NCBI GenBank assembly: GCA_045863855.1
Contig: BTVV01000022.1
Span: 1 to 64,000 of the forward strand
From: Planctomycetota bacterium
GTDB taxonomy: Bacteria; Planctomycetota; SZUA-567; H5-PLA8
DNA: 64,000 nucleotides
Direction of reading: 5' to 3'
Position 1 is the first letter of the stretch. The number at the start of each line of letters is the position of its first letter. Position numbers and translations under genes: made by a program. The notes beneath the pieces are model-generated. The model saw only the letters and a list, made by a program, of their open reading frames with translations. It made no database searches and was not told the origin of the DNA. Positions 47,786 to 56,784 of the stretch are shown in pieces.

Positions 47786-50019
47786 CGCCCGAAGAAATGG
47801 CCAAGCTCCCGCCTGAAGTCATGCGCCTCTTCGAAGACGCTGAACGGGACAACCTAAGCGAGCCCACCCCAGACGCGGGCGCGCGCGAGATAATGCCTGC
47901 CGGCCGCCCCGCCGGCAGCTCGCGCGCGTCCGTCCCGCCTGGCGAGGCCATGCCCGACGCCGAACGCGCCGCGCGCTACGCCGCGAAGGTGAACGGCGCC
48001 GGCGAAGGCGGGCGCAACGACGCGCTGAACGCGCTGGCCTATCGGCTGCTCGAACTTTTCAACCTGACCGAAGAAGAGCACCGCGGGCTATGCCTCGACT
48101 TCGCCGCGCGCTGCGCGCCGCCGATCCCCGAACGCGAAGCGCTGGCCACGACGGGGAGCGCCTGGAAGGGCGCGCACCGCAAAGGGCGCGCCGGCGCGGC
48201 GCGGACCGAACCGAAGCGCAAGCGCTCGAGCGCCACGCCGCCGGCGAAGCGCGCGCGCGGCGTCCCGCAAGGCGAGGCCGCGGCCTTCCTGGACGCGGCG
48301 TTGCAAGAGAAGCTCGAAACCGTGGCGGCCATGAAAGGCACCTCACGCGACAAGGCGGCGCTGGCGCTGCTGGAAGAGATTGCCGCGGCGCTGGCCGGCG
48401 CGCCGGCCGTTACGCAAGAGCGCGTCAAGAAAGAAGCATGCAAAGCGCTGGACCTGAACGCGCGGGCCTTTGATCGCGCGCTGCGCGAAGCGAAGCGCAA
48501 AGACGACGGCGCCGACGACGACGGCGAAGGCGCCGGACGCCCGAACTACCAGGACCTGGCGCGCGAGCTGCTGCGCGCCGAAGGCTACGGCGAACCCGGC
48601 GCGCTCTGCCGCTTGCGTCACCTGAAAGACGATTTCTTCACCTGGCAGGGCACGCACTACCGGCGCGAGACCGATTCGACCTTCAAGGCGCGCGTCTGCC
48701 GTTTCCTGCAAAGTTTCCCCGGCGCTTCGCATCGCGTCTCGCACCAGATGGTTTCCAACGTGGCCTTGAACCTGGTCGGCTTGATCTTCCTGCCCGACGA
48801 AACCGAACCCCCTTGTTACCTGGAGGAAAGCGAGATGCGTTCCAATCCCTACCTGGTCGCCATGCGCAACGGCGTGCTGGACCTTCAGGCCTTAATGGAA
48901 GGGCAACCCGACGTGCTGAAGCCGCACGGCCCGACGTTCTTTAACCTGAACGCGCTGCAATATGACTACAAGCCCGGCGCGACGTGCCCGAAGTTCTTGA
49001 AGTACCTGGAGGAAGTGCAGCCCGACGCGACCGTGCGCGAGCTGCTCCAGGAATGGGCCGGCTACCTGCTGGTGCCGCTGACCAAAATGCACGCCTTCAT
49101 GCTGATCGACGGCGAAGGGAGCAACGGTAAAAGCGTTTACCTGGCGGCGCTGCGCGCGCTGCTGGGCGAGGAAAACTATTCGAGCGTGCCGTTGCAGGCC
49201 TTCGCCGCCGAGCGCCCCTTCGCGCTGGTGGATACGCTGGGCAAGCTGGCCAATTTCGACTACGACGTGACCTTCATTGAAATGCGCGAAGAAGGCCGCT
49301 TGAAGTCCTGGGTGTCCGGCGAACCCGTGTTGGTCGAGCGGAAAGGCCGGGACGCCATGAGCATCCGCCCCACGGCGCGGTTGACCTTCGCCTGTAATGA
49401 CCGCCCGTTTTTCCGCGACAAATCGAAGGGCATCTGGCGGCGCATGCTCTACGTCCGCTTCAATCAGACGATCGGCGAAGAGCAAAAGATCGCGGGCATG
49501 GACGAACCCGGCTGGTGGCTTGAAGCCGGCGAGCTGGAAGGGATGTTTCTTTGGGCCGTGGAAGGCCTGAAGCGCCTGCTGGCGCGCGGGCGCTTCCTTG
49601 AACCCGAGGCCTGCAAAAACGACAAGGCCGAATACAAGGACGACCTGAACCCCGCGGCCACGTTCTTGCGCGAGCACGCCGAAGAGCAGACCGGCGCCGA
49701 GACGGCCACGCGCGAGCTGTACGAAGCCTATGAACTTTGGTTTAGAGAGAACGGGCACCAACCCAAGTACAAACTGACGAAGGCGCATTTCGGGCGCGAA
49801 GTGCGGCGCATCTTCCCCGCCGTCGAGCTGACCAAGCACGCGCGGACCAAGCTGGTCATGGTTCAGCCGTCGCTCTGGGAAGCCGCCAAGGGGGCGCAGC
49901 CGCGGGAAGAGACCGTCCGCGATCGAGTCTGGATCGGCCTGCAATTCCACGCCGAGGGCGTACCTTGCCCGAATGAAGCGCACGCCGAAGCGGAGGGCGC
50001 CGGCCATGCTGCCGATTGA
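47782..50019 (+). CDS. PriCT + D5-type SF3 helicase (P4-family primase C-terminal type)
   Basis: GEGGRNDAL (PriCT), MRNGVLDL, Walker A GEGSNGKS, FACND.P, GIWRR. Confidence 0.9.
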   Translation: MTPEEMAKLPPEVMRLFEDAERDNLSEPTPDAGAREIMPAGRPAGSSRASVPPGEAMPDAERAARYAAKVNGAGEGGRNDALNALAYRLLELFNLTEEEHRGLCLDFAARCAPPIPEREALATTGSAWKGAHRKGRAGAARTEPKRKRSSATPPAKRARGVPQGEAAAFLDAALQEKLETVAAMKGTSRDKAALALLEEIAAALAGAPAVTQERVKKEACKALDLNARAFDRALREAKRKDDGADDDGEGAGRPNYQDLARELLRAEGYGEPGALCRLRHLKDDFFTWQGTHYRRETDSTFKARVCRFLQSFPGASHRVSHQMVSNVALNLVGLIFLPDETEPPCYLEESEMRSNPYLVAMRNGVLDLQALMEGQPDVLKPHGPTFFNLNALQYDYKPGATCPKFLKYLEEVQPDATVRELLQEWAGYLLVPLTKMHAFMLIDGEGSNGKSVYLAALRALLGEENYSSVPLQAFAAERPFALVDTLGKLANFDYDVTFIEMREEGRLKSWVSGEPVLVERKGRDAMSIRPTARLTFACNDRPFFRDKSKGIWRRMLYVRFNQTIGEEQKIAGMDEPGWWLEAGELEGMFLWAVEGLKRLLARGRFLEPEACKNDKAEYKDDLNPAATFLREHAEEQTGAETATRELYEAYELWFRENGHQPKYKLTKAHFGREVRRIFPAVELTKHARTKLVMVQPSLWEAAKGAQPREETVRDRVWIGLQFHAEGVPCPNEAHAEAEGAGHAAD

Positions 50020-50278
50020 ACGGCCGGCGCCGCTTGCGCCGATCGCGCTGCACCCGCCGCACGCCTTGGCCGTTGACATTTACGAGGCCGCGCGCATGTT
50101 GGGCGTCCACGCGAACACGATCCGGCGCGAGATCGACCGCGGGCACCTGCGCGCCGTGAAGATCGGGCGCGTCTGGCGCGTGCGCGTCGCCGAGCTGCAC
50201 AGTTACCTGAAGCGCAACGAGCAGATCCGCGAGCCGGACCCCGAGGCCTTGGACGCCGATGCAGACGACGCGCGTTAA
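50006..50278 (+). CDS. xis: Excisionase-family HTH protein
   Basis: EAARMLGVHANTIRREIDRGHLRAVKIGRVWRV. Confidence 0.85.
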   Translation: MLPIERPAPLAPIALHPPHALAVDIYEAARMLGVHANTIRREIDRGHLRAVKIGRVWRVRVAELHSYLKRNEQIREPDPEALDADADDAR

Positions 50279-51848
50279 AAACCGGAAGACCGGCCAGCGC
50301 GGCTGGCGCTTCCGGTTCATGGATCCGGCGACGGGACAGCGCCGCCGTAAGACGTTCTGGTATGCCGAGCGATCGGACGCCGAGCGCGCCTACGTGAAAT
50401 TCCTGGACAGGCGCCAGGCGATCGCTGACGGCCTGCCCGAAACGCGCGGCTGGCGCACGCCCTATACCGAACTGGTCGCACGCTTCCTGAAGGAAGCGCC
50501 GATCACGACCGAGCGCCGGCGCGCGCACCTGAAGCGGATCCTGGAACGCAACGAGCTGCGCTTGCAGACCGGCGCGGATCTCGCGCACCGCGGGCGCCTG
50601 TCCGCACGCTGCCAGAAGCTGCGCGAAGCGCGCAGCTCGCACTACGTCGTCTTTTCGATTCAAGCGCCGTTGAAGCAGCTCGCGCGCTGGGCCGCGGAAG
50701 TGACGCTCTTCCCGTTCGATCCGCTGGCCGGCTGGAAGCGCCTGCCCTGGGGCGGAACCCAGCGCACGCGGCACGCCTTCACGCCCGAAGAGATCGCCGG
50801 CATCTTGCGCGCGTCCGAAGAGTACGACACGCTGCTCTTGAGGCCGCACCCGTCCACGATCGTTTACCTTACGCTGCTCTTGACCGGCAACCGGCCCAGC
50901 GCGGTACTCGGCGCGACGGTCGGCGACTTCGATGCCGAGCGCGCGCGGCTGCACCTGCCCGCCGGCCAAGGCAACAAGCGCAACGGCGCGGCGCTGCTGC
51001 CGCCCGCCTTCGTGCCGATCCTGCGCGAGTACCTCAAGATTCGCGGGCGCCTGCCGGCCGACGCGCCGCTGCTGGTGAGCCCCGAGGGCGCCGCACCCGA
51101 CCGCCTGAACATCGGCGACGATTTCCGGCGCGCCCTGGTGCTGCATAAGGTCCGCGAGCTATGGCCGGCGGAGCTGGACGCCACGCAAGACGCCGAGCCC
51201 GCGGAAGTGGCGTATCGGATTTACTACAACAAGCCGCGCGGCTTCGACGGCCGCAAGCCCACCGACCCGGCCAAGGTCGCCGCGCGCAAGCGCAAGCTGG
51301 CGGCCGTGGATCTGCTGGCCGAACGGCTGGGCCCGGACGTGAAGCGCTGGCTGATCGGGCGCGACATGTACGCGCTGCGCAAGACGCACATTTCGTGGGC
51401 GCGGCGGCTGGCCAATCCCGACGCCGTGCGCGAGCAAGTCGGGCACGCGCCGCGCGACATTGAAGAGAAGCACTACCTGGACCTGGTGGACCCGCGCGAG
51501 AGCGCCCTTGCGGTCTGGGACGTTTTAACGGGGGCGCGGTCGCTTTACCCGAACCGGGCCGAGAAAACGCGCCAGGCGCCACCGGAAGCGCTGGCGAAGG
51601 CCGCCGGCGCGGAAGGCCAAACGTTTCAGGACGGGGAAGCCATCGGAACGGACGCCGCGGGCGCGCCGCATGACGGTGGCGCCGCCCGTTCGGGTGATAT
51701 TCTGGGATCGGATTTGGCCACATTAAACAAAAACGCCCCTGCGGAAGGGGCGTTTATTGCTGCTAAGTCTTGTGCTGTAAATGGTATACCCGGGAGGATT
51801 CGAACCTCCGACCTCAACCTCCGCAGGGTTGCGCTCTATCCAGGCTGA
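50259..51848 (+). CDS. int: Tyrosine recombinase/integrase (runs through att; ends antisense within the tRNA)
   Basis: Arm-binding-like N-terminus; TGNRP (R), YALRKTH (HxxR variant), VGHA, KHYL (Tyr). Confidence 0.88.
   Translation: MQTTRVKNRKTGQRGWRFRFMDPATGQRRRKTFWYAERSDAERAYVKFLDRRQAIADGLPETRGWRTPYTELVARFLKEAPITTERRRAHLKRILERNELRLQTGADLAHRGRLSARCQKLREARSSHYVVFSIQAPLKQLARWAAEVTLFPFDPLAGWKRLPWGGTQRTRHAFTPEEIAGILRASEEYDTLLLRPHPSTIVYLTLLLTGNRPSAVLGATVGDFDAERARLHLPAGQGNKRNGAALLPPAFVPILREYLKIRGRLPADAPLLVSPEGAAPDRLNIGDDFRRALVLHKVRELWPAELDATQDAEPAEVAYRIYYNKPRGFDGRKPTDPAKVAARKRKLAAVDLLAERLGPDVKRWLIGRDMYALRKTHISWARRLANPDAVREQVGHAPRDIEEKHYLDLVDPRESALAVWDVLTGARSLYPNRAEKTRQAPPEALAKAAGAEGQTFQDGEAIGTDAAGAPHDGGAARSGDILGSDLATLNKNAPAEGAFIAAKSCAVNGIPGRIRTSDLNLRRVALYPG
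51725..51755 (-). terminator. Intrinsic terminator for the tRNA, supplied by the element
   Basis: Minus strand AAACGCCCCT-TCCGC-AGGGGCGTTT then TTGTTT. Confidence 0.7.
51777..51826. repeat. att site, right copy (50 bp)
   Basis: Identical to 36438-36487. Confidence 0.95.
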
Positions 51849-51859
51849 GCTACGGGTAC
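51782..51859 (-). tRNA. tRNA-Arg(GCG)
   Basis: GTACCCGTAGCTCAGCCTGGATAGAGCG-CAACC-CTGCGGA-GGTTG-AGGTCGGAGGTTCGAATCCTCCCGGGTATACCA. Confidence 0.93.
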
Positions 51860-51957
51860 ACGTCGCGGCAGAGCCGCGCAAGGCGAGTTAGTATGCGCAC
51901 TTCCCCAAGCATTGCAAGCGCGTTTGAACGCAACTTCGGCTACCGTTTCAGCGCTCA

Positions 51958-53052
51958 TCACGGCAGCAGTTTAACCGCCGGCGCACGTAGCGCGATACCC
52001 GTCGCGGTCGTGACAACCACGTGCTCACCGGTCCCCGCGACATCGAGCAAGTCCGTCGGATCGCCCAACTCCACCGGCTTCCAAGTCTTGCCCAGGTCCG
52101 CACTCGCCAGCATCGTACCTTTCGCGCCCACCGCCAACGCAACCGGCCGTTCCGTGCCCGCGTAGGCCACGCCCAAAAGATTCTGCTGCGTACCGCTATC
52201 GACCAGCGTCCAGGTCTGCCCCGCGTCGGTGCTGATCGCCACAGCGCCCCGGTCCCCCACCGCCAGCACGGGCTGTCCGGCGCGCACCGCCAGGGCGCGC
52301 AGACTGCCGCGGCCCTTCAGTCCTTCGGTACCCTTCGACGGCTGCCACGAATTACCCCCATCCGAACTGAACAGCGCACGGCAGCCCTTGTTCGTGTACA
52401 GCGCGCTCGTCGGCGTCGGCATGAAACCCACCGCCACCGGCGATCCCACCAGCGCCCAGCGCTCGCCTTCCACGCGGCGCACGTCGAAGACCGCGCGGAA
52501 GACACGTTCGCTCTTCCATTGCTTGCCGCCGTTGGCGCTGCGCAAGTTGTCGCCGTCGAGATGCCGCGCGCCGCCGCTGTTCCCGATCTGAATCTGGGGA
52601 GCGGCGGCCGTCTCTACGCAGCACAGTTCGAAGTTCGTCGGCACCCAGTGATTCGTCCACGTCTTCCCGCCGTCCTCGGTGGCCAGGCACGTACCGCTTT
52701 TCATCGCCATGCCGGGCATCATGACCACATGCCCCCGCGGCGCCGGACCGGCCGGGTCGCCCTCGCCCACCGCCCAACCTTGCAGCGGATTGTTGAAGCG
52801 CACGTCCCGCAGGCGCGCCGTGCTGCCCGTCGTCTGAGCCGCCCACGTCACGCCGCCGTCGGTGGTGGCTACGCACAGCCCGCCTTCGCCGACGATCCAG
52901 CCCGCCTTTCCGTCATCGGTGAAGCAGACCGCGTGCAGCGCCTTGCCTGCCGCCGCATCCGGCAGCTTCAGCGCCTCCCAAATCGGCGGCGCATCCGCCG
53001 CGAAACTCGAGCCCCACGCCAGACAAACCAACCCGATCAGGAAGACACGCAT
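51958..53052 (-). CDS. Secreted YCF48/BNR-repeat beta-propeller protein
   Basis: Repeated T.DGG.TW; GW.VGE.G. Confidence 0.8.
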   Translation of the reverse strand: MRVFLIGLVCLAWGSSFAADAPPIWEALKLPDAAAGKALHAVCFTDDGKAGWIVGEGGLCVATTDGGVTWAAQTTGSTARLRDVRFNNPLQGWAVGEGDPAGPAPRGHVVMMPGMAMKSGTCLATEDGGKTWTNHWVPTNFELCCVETAAAPQIQIGNSGGARHLDGDNLRSANGGKQWKSERVFRAVFDVRRVEGERWALVGSPVAVGFMPTPTSALYTNKGCRALFSSDGGNSWQPSKGTEGLKGRGSLRALAVRAGQPVLAVGDRGAVAISTDAGQTWTLVDSGTQQNLLGVAYAGTERPVALAVGAKGTMLASADLGKTWKPVELGDPTDLLDVAGTGEHVVVTTATGIALRAPAVKLLP

Positions 53053-53174
53053 ATCCCAGATCCTCCGCAGAATAGAGGGGTGCATTCGTAGGCATGAGCC
53101 CGCAGGAACGCAAGATGCTGCCGAAGTTCGTACGGATGGATAGAAACGATTTCAGCAGGCAGGGGCTTGAGCGT

Positions 53175-53966
53175 TCAACTCCACTCGGCCGGATTCTCGC
53201 CCCAATGCACCCGCAGGCCGATGTCGCGCGCCCGGCGGAAGCATAGCGCCGCTTCCTGGTGCCGGCCCTGTTGGCGCAAGGTTCGGCCCAGGGACTCCAG
53301 CGCATCCAACAGCAGTTCGCTCTCCGCGCCGTAATCGGTTTCCTCGCAAGCCAGAACCCGCCGGAACGCGGACTCCGCTTCGGGCCAACGCTGCAAGCCG
53401 TAGAGCAAGCCGCCCAGATTCTTCAGCGCCATAGCCAAGAACCAGGACCGCCCGCGCCGAATCTTCTCGGCCAACTGCACCGCCTGCCGCAAGCGCGCCT
53501 CCGCCCGCTCGTAGCGTTTCCGAAGCGCCTCGTTCTGGCCCAGGAAAATGTAAGTCATCACCACGCGCCCGTCGTAAAGTCCGAAACGGTCGAGATAAAT
53601 CCGCTGAGCGCGGCGCAGCAGCACCGAAGCTTCCTCCGGCCGCCGGTCGTAAAACGCCACCGCCAGCGTGATCAGCCGCTCGGCCACGTCCGGATGATCC
53701 GGCCCCCGCGCCGACTCCACCGCTTCCAGCGTGCTGCGGTACAGCCGTTCGGCTAACTGAAAGCGCGCGTTGGGGCGATGCTCCAGCGCCTGGCTCCGGT
53801 ACAGCATCGCCAGGTCTTCGACGCAGAGCATCCGGTCGCGGTGGTGATCGGGAAATTTCTGGACCTGCCGGAGCGCGTCCAGCAGCAATTGTTCGGCGCG
53901 AGGAAAGTCCTCGCCTTCGTACGCGTCCTTCGCGGCGGCGCGAAGTTTCTGCCAGGGCCGGCGCAT
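53175..53966 (-). CDS. Tetratricopeptide repeat protein
   Basis: GPDHPDVA, AE.LY..L, kinesin-light-chain-like TPRs. Confidence 0.8.
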   Translation of the reverse strand: MRRPWQKLRAAAKDAYEGEDFPRAEQLLLDALRQVQKFPDHHRDRMLCVEDLAMLYRSQALEHRPNARFQLAERLYRSTLEAVESARGPDHPDVAERLITLAVAFYDRRPEEASVLLRRAQRIYLDRFGLYDGRVVMTYIFLGQNEALRKRYERAEARLRQAVQLAEKIRRGRSWFLAMALKNLGGLLYGLQRWPEAESAFRRVLACEETDYGAESELLLDALESLGRTLRQQGRHQEAALCFRRARDIGLRVHWGENPAEWS

Positions 53967-54259
53967 GGGTGCGCTCCCACCCCCCTACGTCATCATACCT
54001 CACAAAAACGGTTCCTGCGCAAGGCAGGCTCTACAACCTATAGACGATCCGTGAACAAGGGGGATTCAATCGCTTATTTATGCTCGGTTGGAAACAGGCT
54101 CATATAGAGGTCTTTCCAGCCCTGAACGCCTTTATCGGTTAACGGCCAGCGCGATCAAGAACCAAGCACTAATGTGGCCGCAATAAAACGGTACGCGAAA
54201 CCCATAGCCGACGACCTCGTAGCCGTTCAATCCGCAAACCCCCAATCCAAAATCCAACC

Positions 54260-55699
54260 TCACCTCCCATGGCACTTCTTGAACTTCTTCCCGCTCCCGC
54301 ACGGGCAAGGATCGTTCGGGCGCGCGTCGCGCTTCAACGCACCGGCCGCCGGCATCGCCGGCGCCGCCGCCGGCTCCGGAACCTTCTGGCCGCTCGCCGC
54401 GGCGATCCGCTCGCTGGCTTGGATCGCGTGCATCACCGTCTCGGCCGGACGGCCCTGCGCGATCTCGCGCGCCATCAGGCCCATCACGGGGGTTACGTGA
54501 GCGAAGTAAATTTTCAGCCCGGCGCAAAGGTAATTCAGGCCCGCCTCGCCATCCGGCGTCTCGATGAACCGGTTCTTCGGACACTCGCCGTAACACATCT
54601 CCAGGAAATCGCAGCGCCGGCAGAAGCGCGGCAGGCTGTCGAACTTGTCCGTCCCGAACTTCTTCTGCTCCGGGGTGTTGACCAGCTCCCGCATCGAGCG
54701 GTCCTTGATGTTCCCCAGCTTGTACTCGTCGTAGACGAAATGGTCGCACGAATACAACGAGCCGTCGTGCTCGATCGCCAGCGCGCGCCCGCAGTTCTTG
54801 CTGTACACGCACAAGCTCGCCGGCAGGCCCATCACGCACGCCAACGTCTGCTCGAACTGCTGGATGAAGACCTTGCCCACGTCGCGGCGCACCCATTCGT
54901 CGAAGACCGCCGAAAGGAAGCGTCCCCACTGCTCCGGCTTGCACGTCCAAGGCGTCACCTTCAGCAGATCCTCGCGCGGGTCGCCCTCGTCCGGATTCTT
55001 CATCCCCGGCGCCACCGTCTCGAAATCGCGCTTCTCCACGATCGGGATGAACTGCATATGCTCGAAGCCGCACTCGTCGCGCAGGAAGTGGTACACCTCG
55101 CGCCCGTGGTCCCCGGTCAGCCGGTTCACGCACGTCAGCGAATTGGTCCGCACGCCGTGCTGCTGCAGAACTCGCAGCGCCGCCACCACCTTCTCGTGGC
55201 TCCCGCTGCCGTCCTTGTAAAATCGATACTTGTCGTGCAGTTCCTTCGGTCCGTCGATCGAAAGCCCGATCAGGAAATCGTGTTCTTTGAAAAACGAGCA
55301 CCACGCCTCGTCCAGCAGCACTCCATTGGTCTGAAACGCGTTGGTGATTGCCTTGCCGGCGGGCGCGTACTTCTTCTGCAGTTCCACCGCACGCTTGAAA
55401 AAATCCAGCCCCAGCAGCGTGGGCTCCCCGCCCTGCCACGCGAAATTCACCTCCGGCACGTCCTGCCCTTCGATGTACTGCTTGATGAACGCCTCCTGCA
55501 CTTCCGGCGACATCCGGAACTGCTCCCCTTTCGGGAAGAAGTTTTCCTTATGCAGATAGAAGCAGTAGGTGCAATCGAGGTTGCAAATCGGACCGATCGG
55601 CTTGGCCAGCGTGTGAAACGCCGTGAACGGATGGTGCGCTTGAGGATCGGGCAAAAAGGTGGGCTTGGGCGCCGTGGGCGCATGCGGGTCTGGGCTCAT
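54260..55699 (-). CDS. Anaerobic sulfatase maturase (radical SAM/SPASM) with SEC-C motif
   Basis: CNLDCTYC, WQGGEPTL, YSCDH, C-terminal CPCGSGKKFKKCH. Confidence 0.92.
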   Translation of the reverse strand: MSPDPHAPTAPKPTFLPDPQAHHPFTAFHTLAKPIGPICNLDCTYCFYLHKENFFPKGEQFRMSPEVQEAFIKQYIEGQDVPEVNFAWQGGEPTLLGLDFFKRAVELQKKYAPAGKAITNAFQTNGVLLDEAWCSFFKEHDFLIGLSIDGPKELHDKYRFYKDGSGSHEKVVAALRVLQQHGVRTNSLTCVNRLTGDHGREVYHFLRDECGFEHMQFIPIVEKRDFETVAPGMKNPDEGDPREDLLKVTPWTCKPEQWGRFLSAVFDEWVRRDVGKVFIQQFEQTLACVMGLPASLCVYSKNCGRALAIEHDGSLYSCDHFVYDEYKLGNIKDRSMRELVNTPEQKKFGTDKFDSLPRFCRRCDFLEMCYGECPKNRFIETPDGEAGLNYLCAGLKIYFAHVTPVMGLMAREIAQGRPAETVMHAIQASERIAAASGQKVPEPAAAPAMPAAGALKRDARPNDPCPCGSGKKFKKCHGR

Positions 55700-55737
55700 G
55701 CCCGAATGTTACCCTGCCCAGTCCAGATTGGAAAGAG

Positions 55738-56724
55738 CTACGGCGCTTCCGCCGCCTTCGCGTGCTTCATGAAGAAATCAACGATCATCTCCGTCGCCGA
55801 AAAATCCTTCGATACCCGCCCGATGATCTTCTCCGGCAGATACTGCACGCCGCCCGGCCACGTGTGTCCGCCGCCTTCCACTTTGACGTGCACGACCTCC
55901 GCGCCGCTCTTCCCTTGAGCGTACTTCTTGACCTTCACCCGCGTCTCGTCGCTGGGATCGGCATCCGGAAGCTCCTGCCACTTCCCTTCTTCGGCGCAGC
56001 CGTTGTACTTCGCGAAGCGCTCCACCGAATCGTTCACCGAAAGAATCTTGCCGCGGCTTCGCCCGAATTTGAACAGCCGTACGTCGCCGCCGTCGTACGG
56101 CACCAGCGGGTCTTCCGTGCCGCAAATAAAGAGCATCGATACGGGCTGCTTCGGGGTATGGTCCTTCACGGCTTCCGCGAGTTGCGCGGTCACCGCCGCC
56201 GCCGCGGCGATCTTCTCCGACAGGTCCAGCGCCAGCCGCGCCGACATGAAACCGCCGTTGGAAATCCCCGTCACATACACGCGCCGCGGATCGGTCCCGA
56301 ACTCGGCGTGAATCGTATCGATCAGTTTCGAGAGAAAACCCAGGTCATCCTGAACGCGCTTGCCTTCGGCCTGATCCTGAAGATGCACTTCACGCCCGTC
56401 GTTCCATTGTTTCTGGATGCCTTCGGGATAGACGACCACGAAGCCATGCTTATCGGCCGCGGCGCTGAAGGTGCTTCCGGTATGCCGGTCGAAAAGTTTG
56501 CCCTGCCCTCCGCCGCCGTGCAGCGCCAGCACCAGCGGCATGGGCTTTGTCTTATCGAAGCCCGGCGGCAGGTGTAGATGGTACGTCCGTTCCTCGCCGT
56601 CGTACGTCAGCGTCTCGGTTCGGTCTGTCCCCGCCGCCGTATCCGCCTCGGCTCCGGTCAGTCCGGCGCTCGCCAGAACCGACCACAGACCGATTCCCAG
56701 CATCCATGACCGAGGGCTGCGCAT
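55738..56724 (-). CDS. PHB-depolymerase/LpqC family esterase
   Basis: LHGGG, GISNGG nucleophile motif, GTEDP, GGGHTWPG. Confidence 0.85.
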   Translation of the reverse strand: MRSPRSWMLGIGLWSVLASAGLTGAEADTAAGTDRTETLTYDGEERTYHLHLPPGFDKTKPMPLVLALHGGGGQGKLFDRHTGSTFSAAADKHGFVVVYPEGIQKQWNDGREVHLQDQAEGKRVQDDLGFLSKLIDTIHAEFGTDPRRVYVTGISNGGFMSARLALDLSEKIAAAAAVTAQLAEAVKDHTPKQPVSMLFICGTEDPLVPYDGGDVRLFKFGRSRGKILSVNDSVERFAKYNGCAEEGKWQELPDADPSDETRVKVKKYAQGKSGAEVVHVKVEGGGHTWPGGVQYLPEKIIGRVSKDFSATEMIVDFFMKHAKAAEAP

Positions 56725-56784
56725 CGCCGCTTCTCTCCCGTCCCGCTTACGCCGTGCCCCGGCTTCACGTCCCGGCCGTTGGCC

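Larger units (their letters stand above)
36438..51826. mobile_element. tRNA-integrated phage-satellite/PICI-like element (~15.4 kb)
   Basis: 50-bp direct repeats, integrase, excisionase, primase and SF3 helicase; no recognisable capsid, portal or terminase. Confidence 0.85.

Noticed and set aside
36438..51826. Complete prophage or ICE
   Set aside because: No recognisable capsid, portal, terminase, lysis, relaxase or T4SS genes.
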